From NCBI RefSeq assembly GCF_964204645.1, contig NC_134030.1:21846210-21910209 (forward strand): DNA of 64,000 nucleotides, read 5' to 3'. The translations under genes were made by a program, and so were the position numbers. The notes under the pieces were generated by a model that worked only from the letters and a program-made list of their open reading frames with translations, had not been told where the DNA came from and did not search any database. Origin of the DNA: Tubulanus polymorphus. Taxonomy: Eukaryota; Animalia; Nemertea. Below, piece by piece: positions 35,701-48,800 of this stretch (position 1 is the first letter of the stretch; every line of letters starts with the position of its first letter).

Positions 35701-38700
35701 GCCCTGATTTCCGAGACCTGTAGTTTCCGAACGGTTTCCCATTTTTCATTGAAGTTCGTTATGGATATTTTTCGAAGGGCTCTTAAACATATCAGATGGG
35801 CTGACGTTGAATAATGGAATTTAGTAATGTTTTAAATTGTATTGATGTTTATGATCAATGTTTATTACAGTCGGTATAAAGACACTTGAAGAAATATTGC
35901 CTCTAAAACTGAATATACCGCACCAAATCAGCACTGGTAAGTGACTACAGTGAAACTGTATGTTTGAATTGGAATTCAATACAGTAAACTTTAAATTTGT
36001 CGAGAATCAGGAAAATCGCAAACTTAAGGAATCTTTATTTGAATTTAATCTAATTTGTAGACTTGTATTCAGCTGGACGAGATCCAGTTATTCTGCCGAA
36101 TCGAGCAGGTATTGTATAAGTCCGTAAAAAACTTAAGATAACCAGTTTAATTCCATTCCATAATCATGCCGTTATCAAACGCCAACATATTTCAGGGAAT
36201 AAATCCCGCAAATCTAAATTCAGTGGAAATACCATTCTTTATAATGCCTTGTACTTCATCGGTCCCAACTGTTGCATCATGAAGGACTTTCACTGTGAAC
36301 AAAATTTGAGTTTTTTAAGAGCATTAGCCTGAAATATTCTGCAACTGATCTTTGTCCCTGAAAGGACGATTAATTCTTCTAAGTTCTTGTAACGAATCCT
36401 TAAACTGCTCGTTATTAAAACCAGAAAATGCTCTTCCGTCATATACCTAATTGTGAGGTTAAGGCCCTGATAATGGTGTTCTAACCCTGGTTTACTGGTA
36501 TTTTTGATGTCAAAATGCAAACTTAAAGCAATAACGGTTTTAAAATGAAACCGCACTCAATGAATGTTGTGTCTATGTTTGCTGTTTTTATGTGAATTTC
36601 AGTGGAATATTTCAAGGATGAATTCATTAGCGCAATACAATCTGATGAATTATTGAAAACTGCTACTCGAACTGCTTTAGTTAACAGTAAGTTACATCTA
36701 CAGTAAACTACATTTACATCTACAGTAAACTACATTTACATCTACAGTAAACTACATTTACATCTACAACAAACTACATTTACATCTACAGTAAACTACA
36801 TTTAATACATCTACAATCAACAATTAGATACATTTATTCACTAAGATTGTCAATCATAGAAATTTGTTTGTGGTTTTTTAGAATCAAGTAAAATCAACGA
36901 ATTGTTGAGGAAAGAAAAGTCGAATGGTAATATTGTTTGATGAAATGTGGATAAGATGTTTGCTTTTACGAACCGAAAAATAATTCAAACGTTTTTCTTC
37001 TATTTCTTAGTTAATAGAATTTATGATGAAGTGAAAAATAGAATAGAATCAATGTCTACAGGTTTGTATTTTAATGATTTTCTATCAATTCTTGCATTTA
37101 AATGTCGGATATATTTCGATCCTCGTGTTGAGGTTTCTTTTCATAAAGCATATTATAATATATCATATTTCGCATAACGCAGTGGCTACTCGTACGAATA
37201 ATTCCGTAGGCTATTCGTACGCACCCGTCGGATAGCTCTGGAATTATGTGTACGGGAAGGGATAGGGTTAGGGTAAGGTGAGGCTATATGTAGTTAAAAC
37301 ATTCGACCGACCGTCAGCGAGCTCGGTGGTCTAGTGGTACGATGCCGGCTAGTAATTTACTAGCCCGGGTTCGAGTCTCGCTCAATCCGCTCTATTTTTC
37401 TCTAACTCTATTCTCCACACTTTCCTTGAATTTTTTGCTAAGTCGTGCACCTCTGTACGCATGCGCGGCGTTAATCGGCCAATCAGCGACAGTTATTAGC
37501 GTACAGATCCTAGTCCCGTACGAATAGTCTCCAGAGTAATCCGTACGGGTCCGTACGAGTAGCCACAGCGTTCTCATAAACATGTCATATCATATTATAA
37601 ACCACTAGCATATACAATAATAATATATAAAATGTGATTTTGAAGGTGATGAGTTTTGTTTTACTTTTTATCACGGATTGATTCATTGCTGAATTTACGT
37701 TATTATTTCTATTTGTGATTTCAGAGGAATTAAATGAACGAGGAATCGTAGTTTATAGAAGTGAGTAAAAGTCAATTTGTCTGATTTGAATTCTAATCTG
37801 TTCATCAATTCCATAGTTTTCCTGCTCCATAGTTACCCTGATCCCATATACTCCTAACAAGAGACTCCCAACACTAGAATCATAACCCCTCAGTTTTTTA
37901 AATTCAGATTTAGATCAAATTAAGTAAGAATTTTATAGTAAAAGTGAACTGTATGAATTTATCTGTTTAGATCTACTCAATGTTTATATAAGAATTATTG
38001 TTGTTTTCTGTTTTTTTTCAGTAAAAGATGAAATAGCGAGTAAGTACTGATAACAACTTCCATGTTAAAGTTTAGATAAATATATATATATGTCATGTCC
38101 TGTTTTAAATAGTAGTGGTTCTTATTAAAATCCAGTGAAACCGTTTTACAGATGATGAAAATACTTCCTTCAAGACTAAAGGAAGGATTGTGAAAGAAGA
38201 ACATGTTTCCCTCTCCCTGCAGTAATCTATTGTGTTTATTCTGTTTCAGTGTTTCATATCAGACCAATTATTGCAAACAGAATCCAAACGGAATTTAAAG
38301 GTGAATACATTGTGTTGACTGTTAAGTGTTTTAATTAACAAATTAAATCGGTACCGAGAGTAAGAGTGGTCGACTGGTACTGAGTAAGGGTGGCGGTCGA
38401 CTGGTACTGAGTAAGGGTGGCGGTCGACTGGTACTGAGTAAGGGTGAAGGTCGACTGGTACTGAGTAAGGGTGAAGGTCGACTGGTACTGAGTAAGGGTG
38501 AAGGTCGACTGGCACTGAGTAAGGGTGAAGGTCGACTGGTACTGAGTAAGGGTGAAGGTCGACTGGTATTGAGTAAGGGTGAAGGTCGACTGGTACTGAG
38601 TAAGGGTGAAGGTCGACTGGTACTGAGTAAGGGTGAAGGTCGACTGGCACTGAGTAAGGGTGAAGGTCGACTGGTACTGAGTAAGGGTGAAGGTCGACTG

Positions 38701-41700
38701 GCATTGAGTAAGGGTGGCGGTCGACTGGTACTGAGTAAGGGTGGCGGTCGACTGGTACTGAGTAAGGGTGGCAGTCGACTGGTACTGAGTAAGGGTGGCA
38801 GTCGACTGGTACTGAGTAAGGGTGAAGGTCGACTGGTACTGAGTAAGGGTGAAGGTCGACTGGTACTGAGTAAGGGTGGCGGTCGACTGGTACTGAGTAA
38901 GGGTGAAGGTCGACTGGTACTGAGTAAGGGTGGCAGTCGACTGGTACCGAGAGTAAGGGTGAAGGTCGACTGGTACTGAGTAAGGGTGGCGGTCGACTGG
39001 TACTGAGTAAGGGTGAAGGTCGACTGGTACTGAGTAAGGGTGGCAGTCGACTGGTACTGAGTAAGGGTGGCAGTCGACTGGTACTGAGTAAGGGTGGCAG
39101 TCGACTGGTACTGAGTAAGGGTGAAGGTCGACTGGTACTGAGTAAGGGTGAAGGTCGACTGGTACTGAGTAAGGGTGAAGGTCGACTGGTACTGAGTAAG
39201 GGTGAAGGTCGACTGGTACTGAGTAAGGGTGGCAGTCGACTGGTACTGAGTAAGGGTGGCAGTCGACTGGTACTGAGTAAGGGTGAAGGTCGACTGGTAC
39301 TGAGTAAGGGTGAAGGTCGACTGGTACTGAGTAAGGGTGGCGGTCGACTGGTACTGAGTAAGGGTGAAGGTCGACTGGTACTGAGTAAGGGTGGCAGTCG
39401 ACTGGTACCGAGAGTAAGGGTGAAGGTCGACTGGTACTGAGTAAGGGTGGCGGTCGACTGGTACTGAGTAAGGGTGAAGGTCGACTGGTACTGAGTAAGG
39501 GTGGCAGTCGACTGGTACTGAGTAAGGGTGAAGGTCGACTGGTACTGAGTAAGGGTGAAGGTCGACTGGTACTGAGTAAGGGTGAAGGTCGACTGGTACT
39601 GAGTAAGGGTGAAGGTCGACTGGTACTGAGTAAGGGTGGCAGTCGACTGGTACTGAGTAAGGGTGAAGGTCGACTGGTACTGAGTAAGGGTGAAGGTCGA
39701 CTGGTACTGAGTAAGGGTGAAGGTCGACTGGTACTGAGTAAGGGTGAAGGTCGACTGTATTTTGTAGGAGGATATTTGACGCTGTAGCAACATAAATAGT
39801 TTACATCATCAGTCGATATCACAGTTGTTTCTAATCAACAATGTATAATTACAGATTCACTAGAGACTGTTTTAGAAGAGAAATGTAAAGAGGCTCTCAA
39901 TTGGTGGCCATCAAAACACTGGGCATATGATATATTTCGCGCGAGTAAGTTCACAGTGAAATCAGTTTGTAATTTATAATAGAATTCTATTGTATAAAAA
40001 CTTGTCTATTGTTTATTACATATAGTGTCTGTACTCAGTGAATTTACCAGTACAACTTTAAAGATAAACACAGGTTATTGGAAACAAGTCAAACAATGTT
40101 TCGGTAAATAATAAATTCATGTTTCACTACTGATTCTTTTTCAATGATCTGATTTTAAGGATGATCAATAATTGTTTGTTTTGTTTGAATAGGAGATGAA
40201 ATTGACAGTGAAACAAATACAACTGAACTGACAGAAATAGGTGAATATCAATACAACAACATAATATTTCCAGATTAACAAAAATTATTTCGAATTTTGC
40301 GTTGAATTCATTGAAGATCGAAATTCATCAATGTGATCAGATCTTTAGAGGCATCTGTTTTGGTTCATGGGTTACACAGTATTATCAGTTGAATTCTCGG
40401 CTCAAAATCAATCATAGCTTGAAAAAACCATGTTTAGAGTGTGAAACTAAGAGGTGTTTGAAAATCGTCACTCTTTGGTAACATTTTGTATAGATGTGAA
40501 AATTTAATTTGTTTATAGTTGATGGATGTTTGGGTGAATGCATTAAAACAATGAGTGATAAATGGAACACTGGTGAGTACCCCTCATATAATGGCTGATA
40601 AGGGCCATGAAAATATTTCCTGACCAAAAATTATTTCGTCATGAAAAATAATATTCCATCGAAAAATGTTCGTAAGTAAAAATAATTTCGTTGTGAAAAA
40701 TAAATTCTCATCAAAAATATTCATAAGCTAAAATAATTTTATTAATAATCGCCTCCTAAATATAGGCGTGAGAAAAAATAATTCCGCTATGAAAAATAAA
40801 TCGCCTTCCTTCAAAATATATTCCGATGACAAGATATTTTTGCAGCGTAAAAATAATTGTGGGTTTTTCCGTTAGTGCACGCGTGCGCGCACGCGCTAGT
40901 CGCTAGTCACCCCTGATCTAGCCCTAAGTATAGTATAGTGGTACACACTGTGTGCATAATATACTTAAACTACACGGGCACAGCTCTCACTTACACATGA
41001 ATCAGGGTACTACGGTAGAGCTTTGGTTTATTTTTATCCTGAAATTTTTTGATGAGTCCTTGTGAACTAACTTTAGGAAGGGTGGGATGGTGGTGATGTC
41101 GTTGGGTCCATGTGAACACAAATTATGTAGAGGCATTTAAATGAGGCTATTCAGAGTTGAAACAAACTGCAAAGTGAACAAGGTTAAGCGACAGTTTTCT
41201 ATGAGGTTTAATTTCATGTTTTGTTATTTCTAGGCGATTTTAAGAACCGCAAGATGATTGTAGGGAAAGGTAAATATTCCGTATATAATTCCCTTAGAAC
41301 CGGTTCTATAGTCATCATTACAATTGAGACCAGTCTAAGACGGTCTCGGTTCTACAGCCAATAAACAACTTAGAACCAGTCGTAAGATTTAAGACGAATT
41401 TTGGATTCAATTTTCGATTATGGAGCCGGCCACTGGTTATATCAATGAAAAACCAATTTCATCATGAAAATCTGTTTGATTTTCTATCCATTTATATTTC
41501 AGCGAGTCCAGAAGAGATAAGTGAGTTCTGAGATGAGTAGAATTTATTTTAGATTTTCACTATTTTGATCTATAAAGTGATTGTTATGTATCCAGTGACA
41601 GGTATCTGTGTGAACTGGTGACCAAAATCACAAATAATTAATTAATTGTCTTCACTAAAATAGAAACCAGTTGTCAATATCATCCCATGGTGGACCTAAA

Positions 41701-42785
41701 ACCTTAAGTCGCACTTATCTGTTTATCAGACAGTTGTAGTCAGCGCTTGCCTCTGATTTTGTGGAACCAGTGAATAATAGTGACGTCGAATTACAAGTCA
41801 CACTAGTTTGTTTAAGTCAGTGATTTTCTATATTGATAGATTTTAAACTACATGAATTTGCCGATAAAGAGTTTGAAGAAAGGAAACGTGAGAGAGGTAC
41901 TGTACACATTACAAAGTGTGAAATTCAACATGTTTTATGTTTTAAATCTTATTGATGTTTATTATCAATGTTTATTACAGTCGGTAGATTTAATCAAATA
42001 AAGACACCTGATGATCACATAAAGACACAAGATGCATCATTCGAATGGGTAAAGACACTTGAAGAAATATTGCCTCTAAAACTGGATATACCGGCACAAC
42101 TCCGCTCTGGTAAGTGACTATACTGAAAAACTGCATGTCTGAATTTGAATTCAATACAGTAAACTCTGCCTGGAATAAACTGTTATTATTTCACCGAGTT
42201 GAGAATCAGGCAAATCCTTTTATCAAAAAACTTTCAGTATTTTCAAAATGTTAAGATTCCATTTAAATTTCTGTAGATTTAGATTCAGCTGGACGAGATG
42301 CAGTTATTCTGCCGGATCGAGCAGGTATTGTATAAGTTAAGTCTGTAAAAACTTAAGGTAACCCGTCACTGCCCTCATAACGCCAACATATTTCAGGGAA
42401 CAAATTCCGCAAATCTAAATTCAATGGAAATACCATTCTTTATAACGCTATGTATTTCATTGGTCCCAAAAGACTTTAACTGTGATAACAAAATTTTCAA
42501 AGGTTTTTTATGCCTGAGATATTCTGCGACTGATCTTTGTCCCTGAAAGGACGAATAATTCTGCTAAGTTCTTGAAAATCCTTAAACTGCTCGTTAGGAA
42601 TACCAGAAAATGCTCTTCTATCATATGCCGGATTTTGAGGAACAGACCCTGAAAATGGTGTTCTAATCCAGGTTTACTTTTCTTTTGTATGTCCAGAAGA
42701 GAATGTCTTTTAGTAATAATAATAATTAATAATATTAATAATAATTAATAATATTAATAATAATAATAATAATAATAATGATGAT

Positions 42786-42821
<36 letters not shown>

Positions 42822-45800
42822 TATTTAAAGCGACAACAGTTTTAAATTCAGAAACCACACTCAATGAATCCTGTGTTTGCTGTTTTTATATGAATTTCAG
42901 TGGAATATTTCAAGGATGAATTCATTATTGCAATACAATCTGATGAATCATTGAAAACTGCTACTCAAACTGCTTTAGATAACAGTAAGTTACATCTACA
43001 GTAAACTGCATTTGTGTTCATCTGTAAGACTACATTTACATCTACAGTAAACTAAATTTACATCTACAGTAAACTACATTTATATCTACAATAAACTACA
43101 TTTTCATACATCTACAATCAACAATTAGATACGTTTATTCACTAAGATTGTCAATCATAGAAATTTGTTTGTGGTTTTTTTAGAATCAAGTAAAATCAAC
43201 GAATTGTTGAGGAAAGAAAAGTCGAATGGTAAAATTGTTTGATAAAATGCGGATGCGATGTTTGTTTTCACGAACCGAAAAATAATTCAAACGTTTTTCT
43301 TCTATTTCTTAGTTAATAGAATTTATGGTGAAGTGAAAAAGAGAATAGAATCAATATCTACAGGTTTGTATTTTCATGATCTTCTATCAATTCTTGCATT
43401 TAAATGTCGGATATAATATATCCGACATTTAAATGCGAAATATTATTTCGATCCTCGTGTTGAGATTTTTTTGTCATATAGCATATTATAATATATCATA
43501 TTTCTCATAAACATATCATATCATACCACTATCATATACAATGTCATCAAGTACATATATAAAATACGTATATCACATATCATATCACGTCATATCATAT
43601 CATTTATGCTTGTAAAATGTGATTTTGAAGGTGATGAGTTTTGTTTTATTTTTATCACGAATTGATACATTGCTGAATTTACGTTCAACTTCTATTTGTG
43701 ATTTCAGAGGAATTAAATGAACGAGGAATCGTAGTTTATAGAAGTGAGTTAAAGTCAATTTGTGTGATTTGAATTCTAATCTGTTCATCAATTCCATATC
43801 CTGCTCCATAGTTACCCTGATCCCATATACTCCTCACAAGAGACTCCCAACACTAGCATCATAACCCCCCAGTTATTTTTAATTCAGATCTAAATCAAAT
43901 TAAGAATTTTATAGTAAAAGTGAACTGTATGAATTTATCTGTTTAGATCTACACAATGTTTATATATGAATTATTGTGTTTTCTGTTTTTCAGTAAAAGA
44001 TGAAACAGCGAGTAAGTACTAATAACAACTGAATCGTTAAAGTCTTCATAAACAGATATTTGTCATGTCCAGTTTTGAATAGTAGTGGTTCTAATTGAGC
44101 GCTAAATCCAGTAAACCGTTTTACAGATGATGAAAATACTTCCTTCAAGACAAAAGGAAGGATTGTGAAAGAAGAACATGTTTCCCTCTCCCTGCAGGAA
44201 TCTATTGTGTTTATTCTGTTTCAGTGAAACACATCAAACCAATTATTGAAAACAGAATCCAAACGGAATTTAAAGGTGAATACTGTTGACTGTTAGGTGT
44301 TTTAATTAACAAATTAAACCGGTACCGAGAGTACGAGTGGTGGTCGACTGGTCCCAAATAAGGGCGAAGGTCAACTGGTACTGAGTAAGGGCGAAGGTCG
44401 ACTGTATTTTGTAGGATATGTGACGCTTTAGTAGCATTATTAGTTTACATCATCAGTCAATGTTGTAATAGTTTCTAATCAACATTGTATATTTACAGAT
44501 TCACTAGAGACTGTTTTAAAGGGGAAATGTAAAAAGGCTCTCAGTATGTGGTCATCAAAACACTGGGCATATGATATATCTACTGCGTGTAAGTTCACAG
44601 AGAAATCAGTTTGTGATTTACATTAGAATTCTATTGTATAAAAACTTGTCTATTGTTTATTACATATAGTGTCTGTACTCAGTGAATTTACCAGTAGAAC
44701 TTTAAAGACAAACACGGGTTATTGGAAACAAGTCAGAGAATGTTTCGGTAAATGATTAATTCTTGTTTCACATCTGAATTGTTTTAGTGATCTGATTTTT
44801 TATGTTTTGAATAATAATTATTTGTTCTGTTTGAATAGGAGATGAAATTAACAGTGAAACAAATACAACTGAACTGACAAAAATAGGTGAATATAAAAAA
44901 ATTCAGATAAACAGAAATATAGTATTGAATTCATTGAAGATGAAATTCATCAATTTAATCAGATCTTCACAGAGACCTGTTTTGATTCAGAGCAATTTGA
45001 ACTAATTTCAAACTAAGAGCGCTTGAAAGTCCCGACCCTTTGGTCACAGTTTGAATCAATGTGAAAATTTATTTTTGTTTATAGTTACTGAGTGTTTGGG
45101 GGAATGCACTAAAACAATGCGTGATAAATGGAATACTGGTGAGTACCCCTCATGAGTACTTCATATGAGTACTCCTCATGAGGACCTCTCATAAGTACGT
45201 CTCTTGAGTACTTTTCATGAGTGAGTACCGTATTCAAATAACTATCAGCCATCTTGAGTACGTTAAGTAGAGGACTCAAATACAAATCGGAAACTGAGTA
45301 CCCGAGTACCATATAGAAACTATCAGAAGTTTAGTGAGTAACACAAAATAACTAATCTTCTTTGAGCTTTAATTTCATGTTTTAATATTTTTAGACGATT
45401 TCAAGGAGAAATTCAAGCTCTACGGGATGATTGTAGATTCAGGTAGATATGAAAATTCATTCACAGGCAAAAGATGAGACTCAAGCTTGAATTGAAATAA
45501 ACTGGTCCCTAAATCGCCATCAAACTGTTTAATAAAGTTTTCTAACTTAAATTCTGTCTCTCAGTTTCAGTTCAGTTTAGTTTATTCACTCCACAAGTTA
45601 TAATAACATTGCACAGAGCACAAAAGTAGCGCATAGATTACAGCATATTACAAAAAATATAATGATAGTATTAATAATAATTATATTTATAATAATAACA
45701 ATTATGATAATAGTAAAAATAATAATACTAATAGTGATAGCAATAATATAATACTTATAATAATAATTGTAATTATAATGAAATTATAATGCAAAAGATG

Positions 45801-48800
45801 AGGCGGAATAAACCATTTTACAGTTGCTAGCCGCCATTTTGTTAGGGTACTTTTGTCCCGTATTGTTGGGTCATTTTTTTCTCCTTTTTAAAAACTATCT
45901 GTGATGCGTGTTGTATCATATTTCATCTGTCCCTGAATGGATTTTGACAGTTTCAGCAACATTCAAACCGCGTGAATCTCTAGTTTTCAGTTATGTAAAA
46001 ATCATTTCTCAAATTTACAACAATGCGACATGAGAGCGATATAAAAATCGGTGGTCAGTTTTTGCCGTGCGCATAGAAATCAAGGGTACTGAAATTTGAA
46101 GTTCGTTATTTTCAGAAATAATTTTTTAAAAAACCCAAACATTTCAAGAACTGTGCGCATAAATGCCCTCTTTCAGGTGAACTTTGAAATGTTAAGATAT
46201 CTTGCCTAGTTTTTTTCCTATGGCACTTTAACTGCAGCGCGTGTATTGTCATTCCGAGATTCGGCGCTGTTTTCTTTGCGTGTATTTCAGTATATGGGAG
46301 TTATTTCTTCATTTTCACTACGAGTTGTTAGGTTTGCTAGTGAGGTAGTCATTCGATCAACTTTTTCGTTTACTTCCGGTAGAATGCTGATTTTCTGAAG
46401 GATTTCCTGGAGCAGAGTCTCGATGTTGCTGCAGCTCTTACACTAGTTGGTGGACATTTTTGTTCCTTTTCTTTTTCAGTATCGCTTTTTTGCGCACGCA
46501 TTTGTTAACGGGAATACTGAGCGGTCATGTCAGATTGACGACTGCAATAACGGGAATAATGAGCGACCGGGAGTCACAAGCTTTGGTTGTTTACAGCTCG
46601 GTACTTTTTGTTCAGTAGAGCGGAACGATTTGAGTTCGGATCGGTTGTGTATGTCGAGTATGCACCACGATTGAATTAAAAATGGCGACTTATTTGAAGC
46701 AATTCCAATTTAAACACAAAACCAACAGAACCAACAAAAAGAAAAGTCAATATCTGACGAACGGCGATTTCTGCAGAGCCGTCTTTCTTACACTATAACG
46801 ATCTCCTCAACTTTGCGCTAATTTAATATCAGCTGATTTGTGTTAAACGTGTTAAGCAACTATTAAAGTTTGAGCACACTCACGTACGGTTTTCCTCGGT
46901 GAAACACGGTCTAGGGCAGCTCTTGTGGCTTCAGATGCTGCCCAACGGTTCCTTCGACAGTATTCCAAAGTTCGAAAGTGTTTAGATTTTAAACGTAGTC
47001 ACTGTTTTACTTTGAGCGGTAATGTTTAAGGACTATAGCGAAAACACGTCGACCGATTCCGCCATCTTGAATTGTCTACATCCATCTTGCACGTGCTGGT
47101 CGCGGAGTAAATATTCTAATTTCTTAGAGAATGTCATTGAGTTAACCATTAATTGTTGTTTACAAATACAAATGTTTTCGACAAACCGCAGTCATCAAAA
47201 ATCTTAATAAATAACAGTCAGGGGCTCTTAAACCTATCCTTAAGATACAGGTTGAAAGATATTTTATAGAGAATGTTGCATTAAGTTTAGTTTGTTTGCA
47301 CGAAATCATTTTAACCCACAAGTTTATGATTCTACACTTAACAATTGTAGGAAAAATGCCAGGGGTATAAAAGTACAATAGTAAATATAAGTACACGCTT
47401 GGGGTAATATACATTATCAAATCAGCAACGTTTTAGGAAATTTAAAGAGGGGGAACTTAGGGTACTTAAATACAACCAAATACAGCCAAATACAAACAAA
47501 TCAACCAAATACAACAAATAAAACCAAATACAACCATATACAGTAATTAGTTGGAAATAGAAAGAGATCATTGATAAGATGACTGATAATTAACGCATTC
47601 AACTTGAATCTATGTAAATAACTGAATTTTTTCCTACGATGGTATTTTTCCTACTACACAATAAGTGGCATTTTTACCGGTGGCATTTTTCCTATGTCGC
47701 AAAAGTTTTAAAAGTTTCTAAATGTGTCTAAATTCGGAATGGTTTCGAGAAGTTCAGTAAGAAGGGTGCAATCAAAGAGAAAAATTAATCCCCAGAAACA
47801 TTGCAAATTGGGCACATTCTTTCATTTCTAGGGAGATGGAGATTTGAAGTTGTCCCGGGAAAAAATGTATCCAGAAAAATTATGTCCCAGGGAATAAACG
47901 CCCTCGGAAAAAATGTCCCAGTCTATCATTACTAATTTGGTAATTAAGAAAATTTCATATCAAAATAACACGAGAGAACAAACTTGTTAATTATGTAAAT
48001 TGCACACTAAACATCAAAATAAAGAATTCATAAGTGATCATACGAATTATCAAATTTTAGTATCAGTTCGTTTTGCTTATTGAGAATTGTTGTCAACTCA
48101 GTAAGAAATCAAAATAATTATTTCATTCAGGGTTATCCTGATAATCAAAATGTATGATTAGTGGATATCTCGGTGTATCAGCAAATGATTTCACTTAAAT
48201 TCATATTCGTAGAATTCGATAGATGATTCCATTAAGCTTAGATTGTTTGCCAGATACAGTTTTACACCTAAAATTAATCATTCTACCTCAATGAACAAAG
48301 GATAACGCGCCCTAACTCTGCTAACACCGGTAAATACTTCGTCACTATCATTAGAATTTTGCAAAAATACATATTTTCTAATGAGTCCAAATTTTCATAT
48401 CCGCAGACCTCGCAACCATACATGGCAACAGGGACAACAAAATAATAATTTAAACGTTACGTCGATTGGAAGTTTCAAGCGCCTACCTTTTTGAATAATC
48501 GAAAACATAGCTCTCATAGCTTTATCGTAAAGATATTTTCTCGCTTTTGCAAAACTTCCGTTCCAGTTAAATGTAACTCAGAGATACACATTATCTTCAA
48601 CTTCAATCTCCAATTCCCGATTACCGAACATAAATTTCTGAATTCGCACAAACAAAGACTAATATTTTCGTTTTATTGACGTTTATCCCGAGTTCAGATT
48701 TGCTATAAACGATTAAGTTGGGTTGCCACGGTCATTAAAAAAGTCCTCAATATCATTCAAAACCTAATGAAAAGGCGACAGGTTTTCTTGTCTTTCTGTC

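Larger units (their letters stand above)
35160..45138 (+). repeat. Intragenic duplication of a 15-exon cassette (35160-40572 and 41234-45138)
   Basis: The same exon series (SPEEI, KLxExADKEFE, KTLEEILPLKL, SAGRD, VEYFKDEF, KSSKINELL, VNRIY, EELNERGIVVYR, IKDExA, RIQTEFK, DSLETVL, SVLSEFTS, GDEIxSET, CLGEC) occurs twice with alignable introns. Confidence 0.92.

Noticed and set aside
38246-39822. 515-aa and 495-aa minus-strand ORFs and the 136-aa plus ORF
   Set aside because: Products of a stop-free 27-bp minisatellite inside an intron; paralogous introns have only 1-3 units.
35160-45138. CARD/death-fold identity for the tail repeats (LxERGI...DEI resemblance)
   Set aside because: Only a few residues match by eye; it cannot be supported without a profile or structure search.
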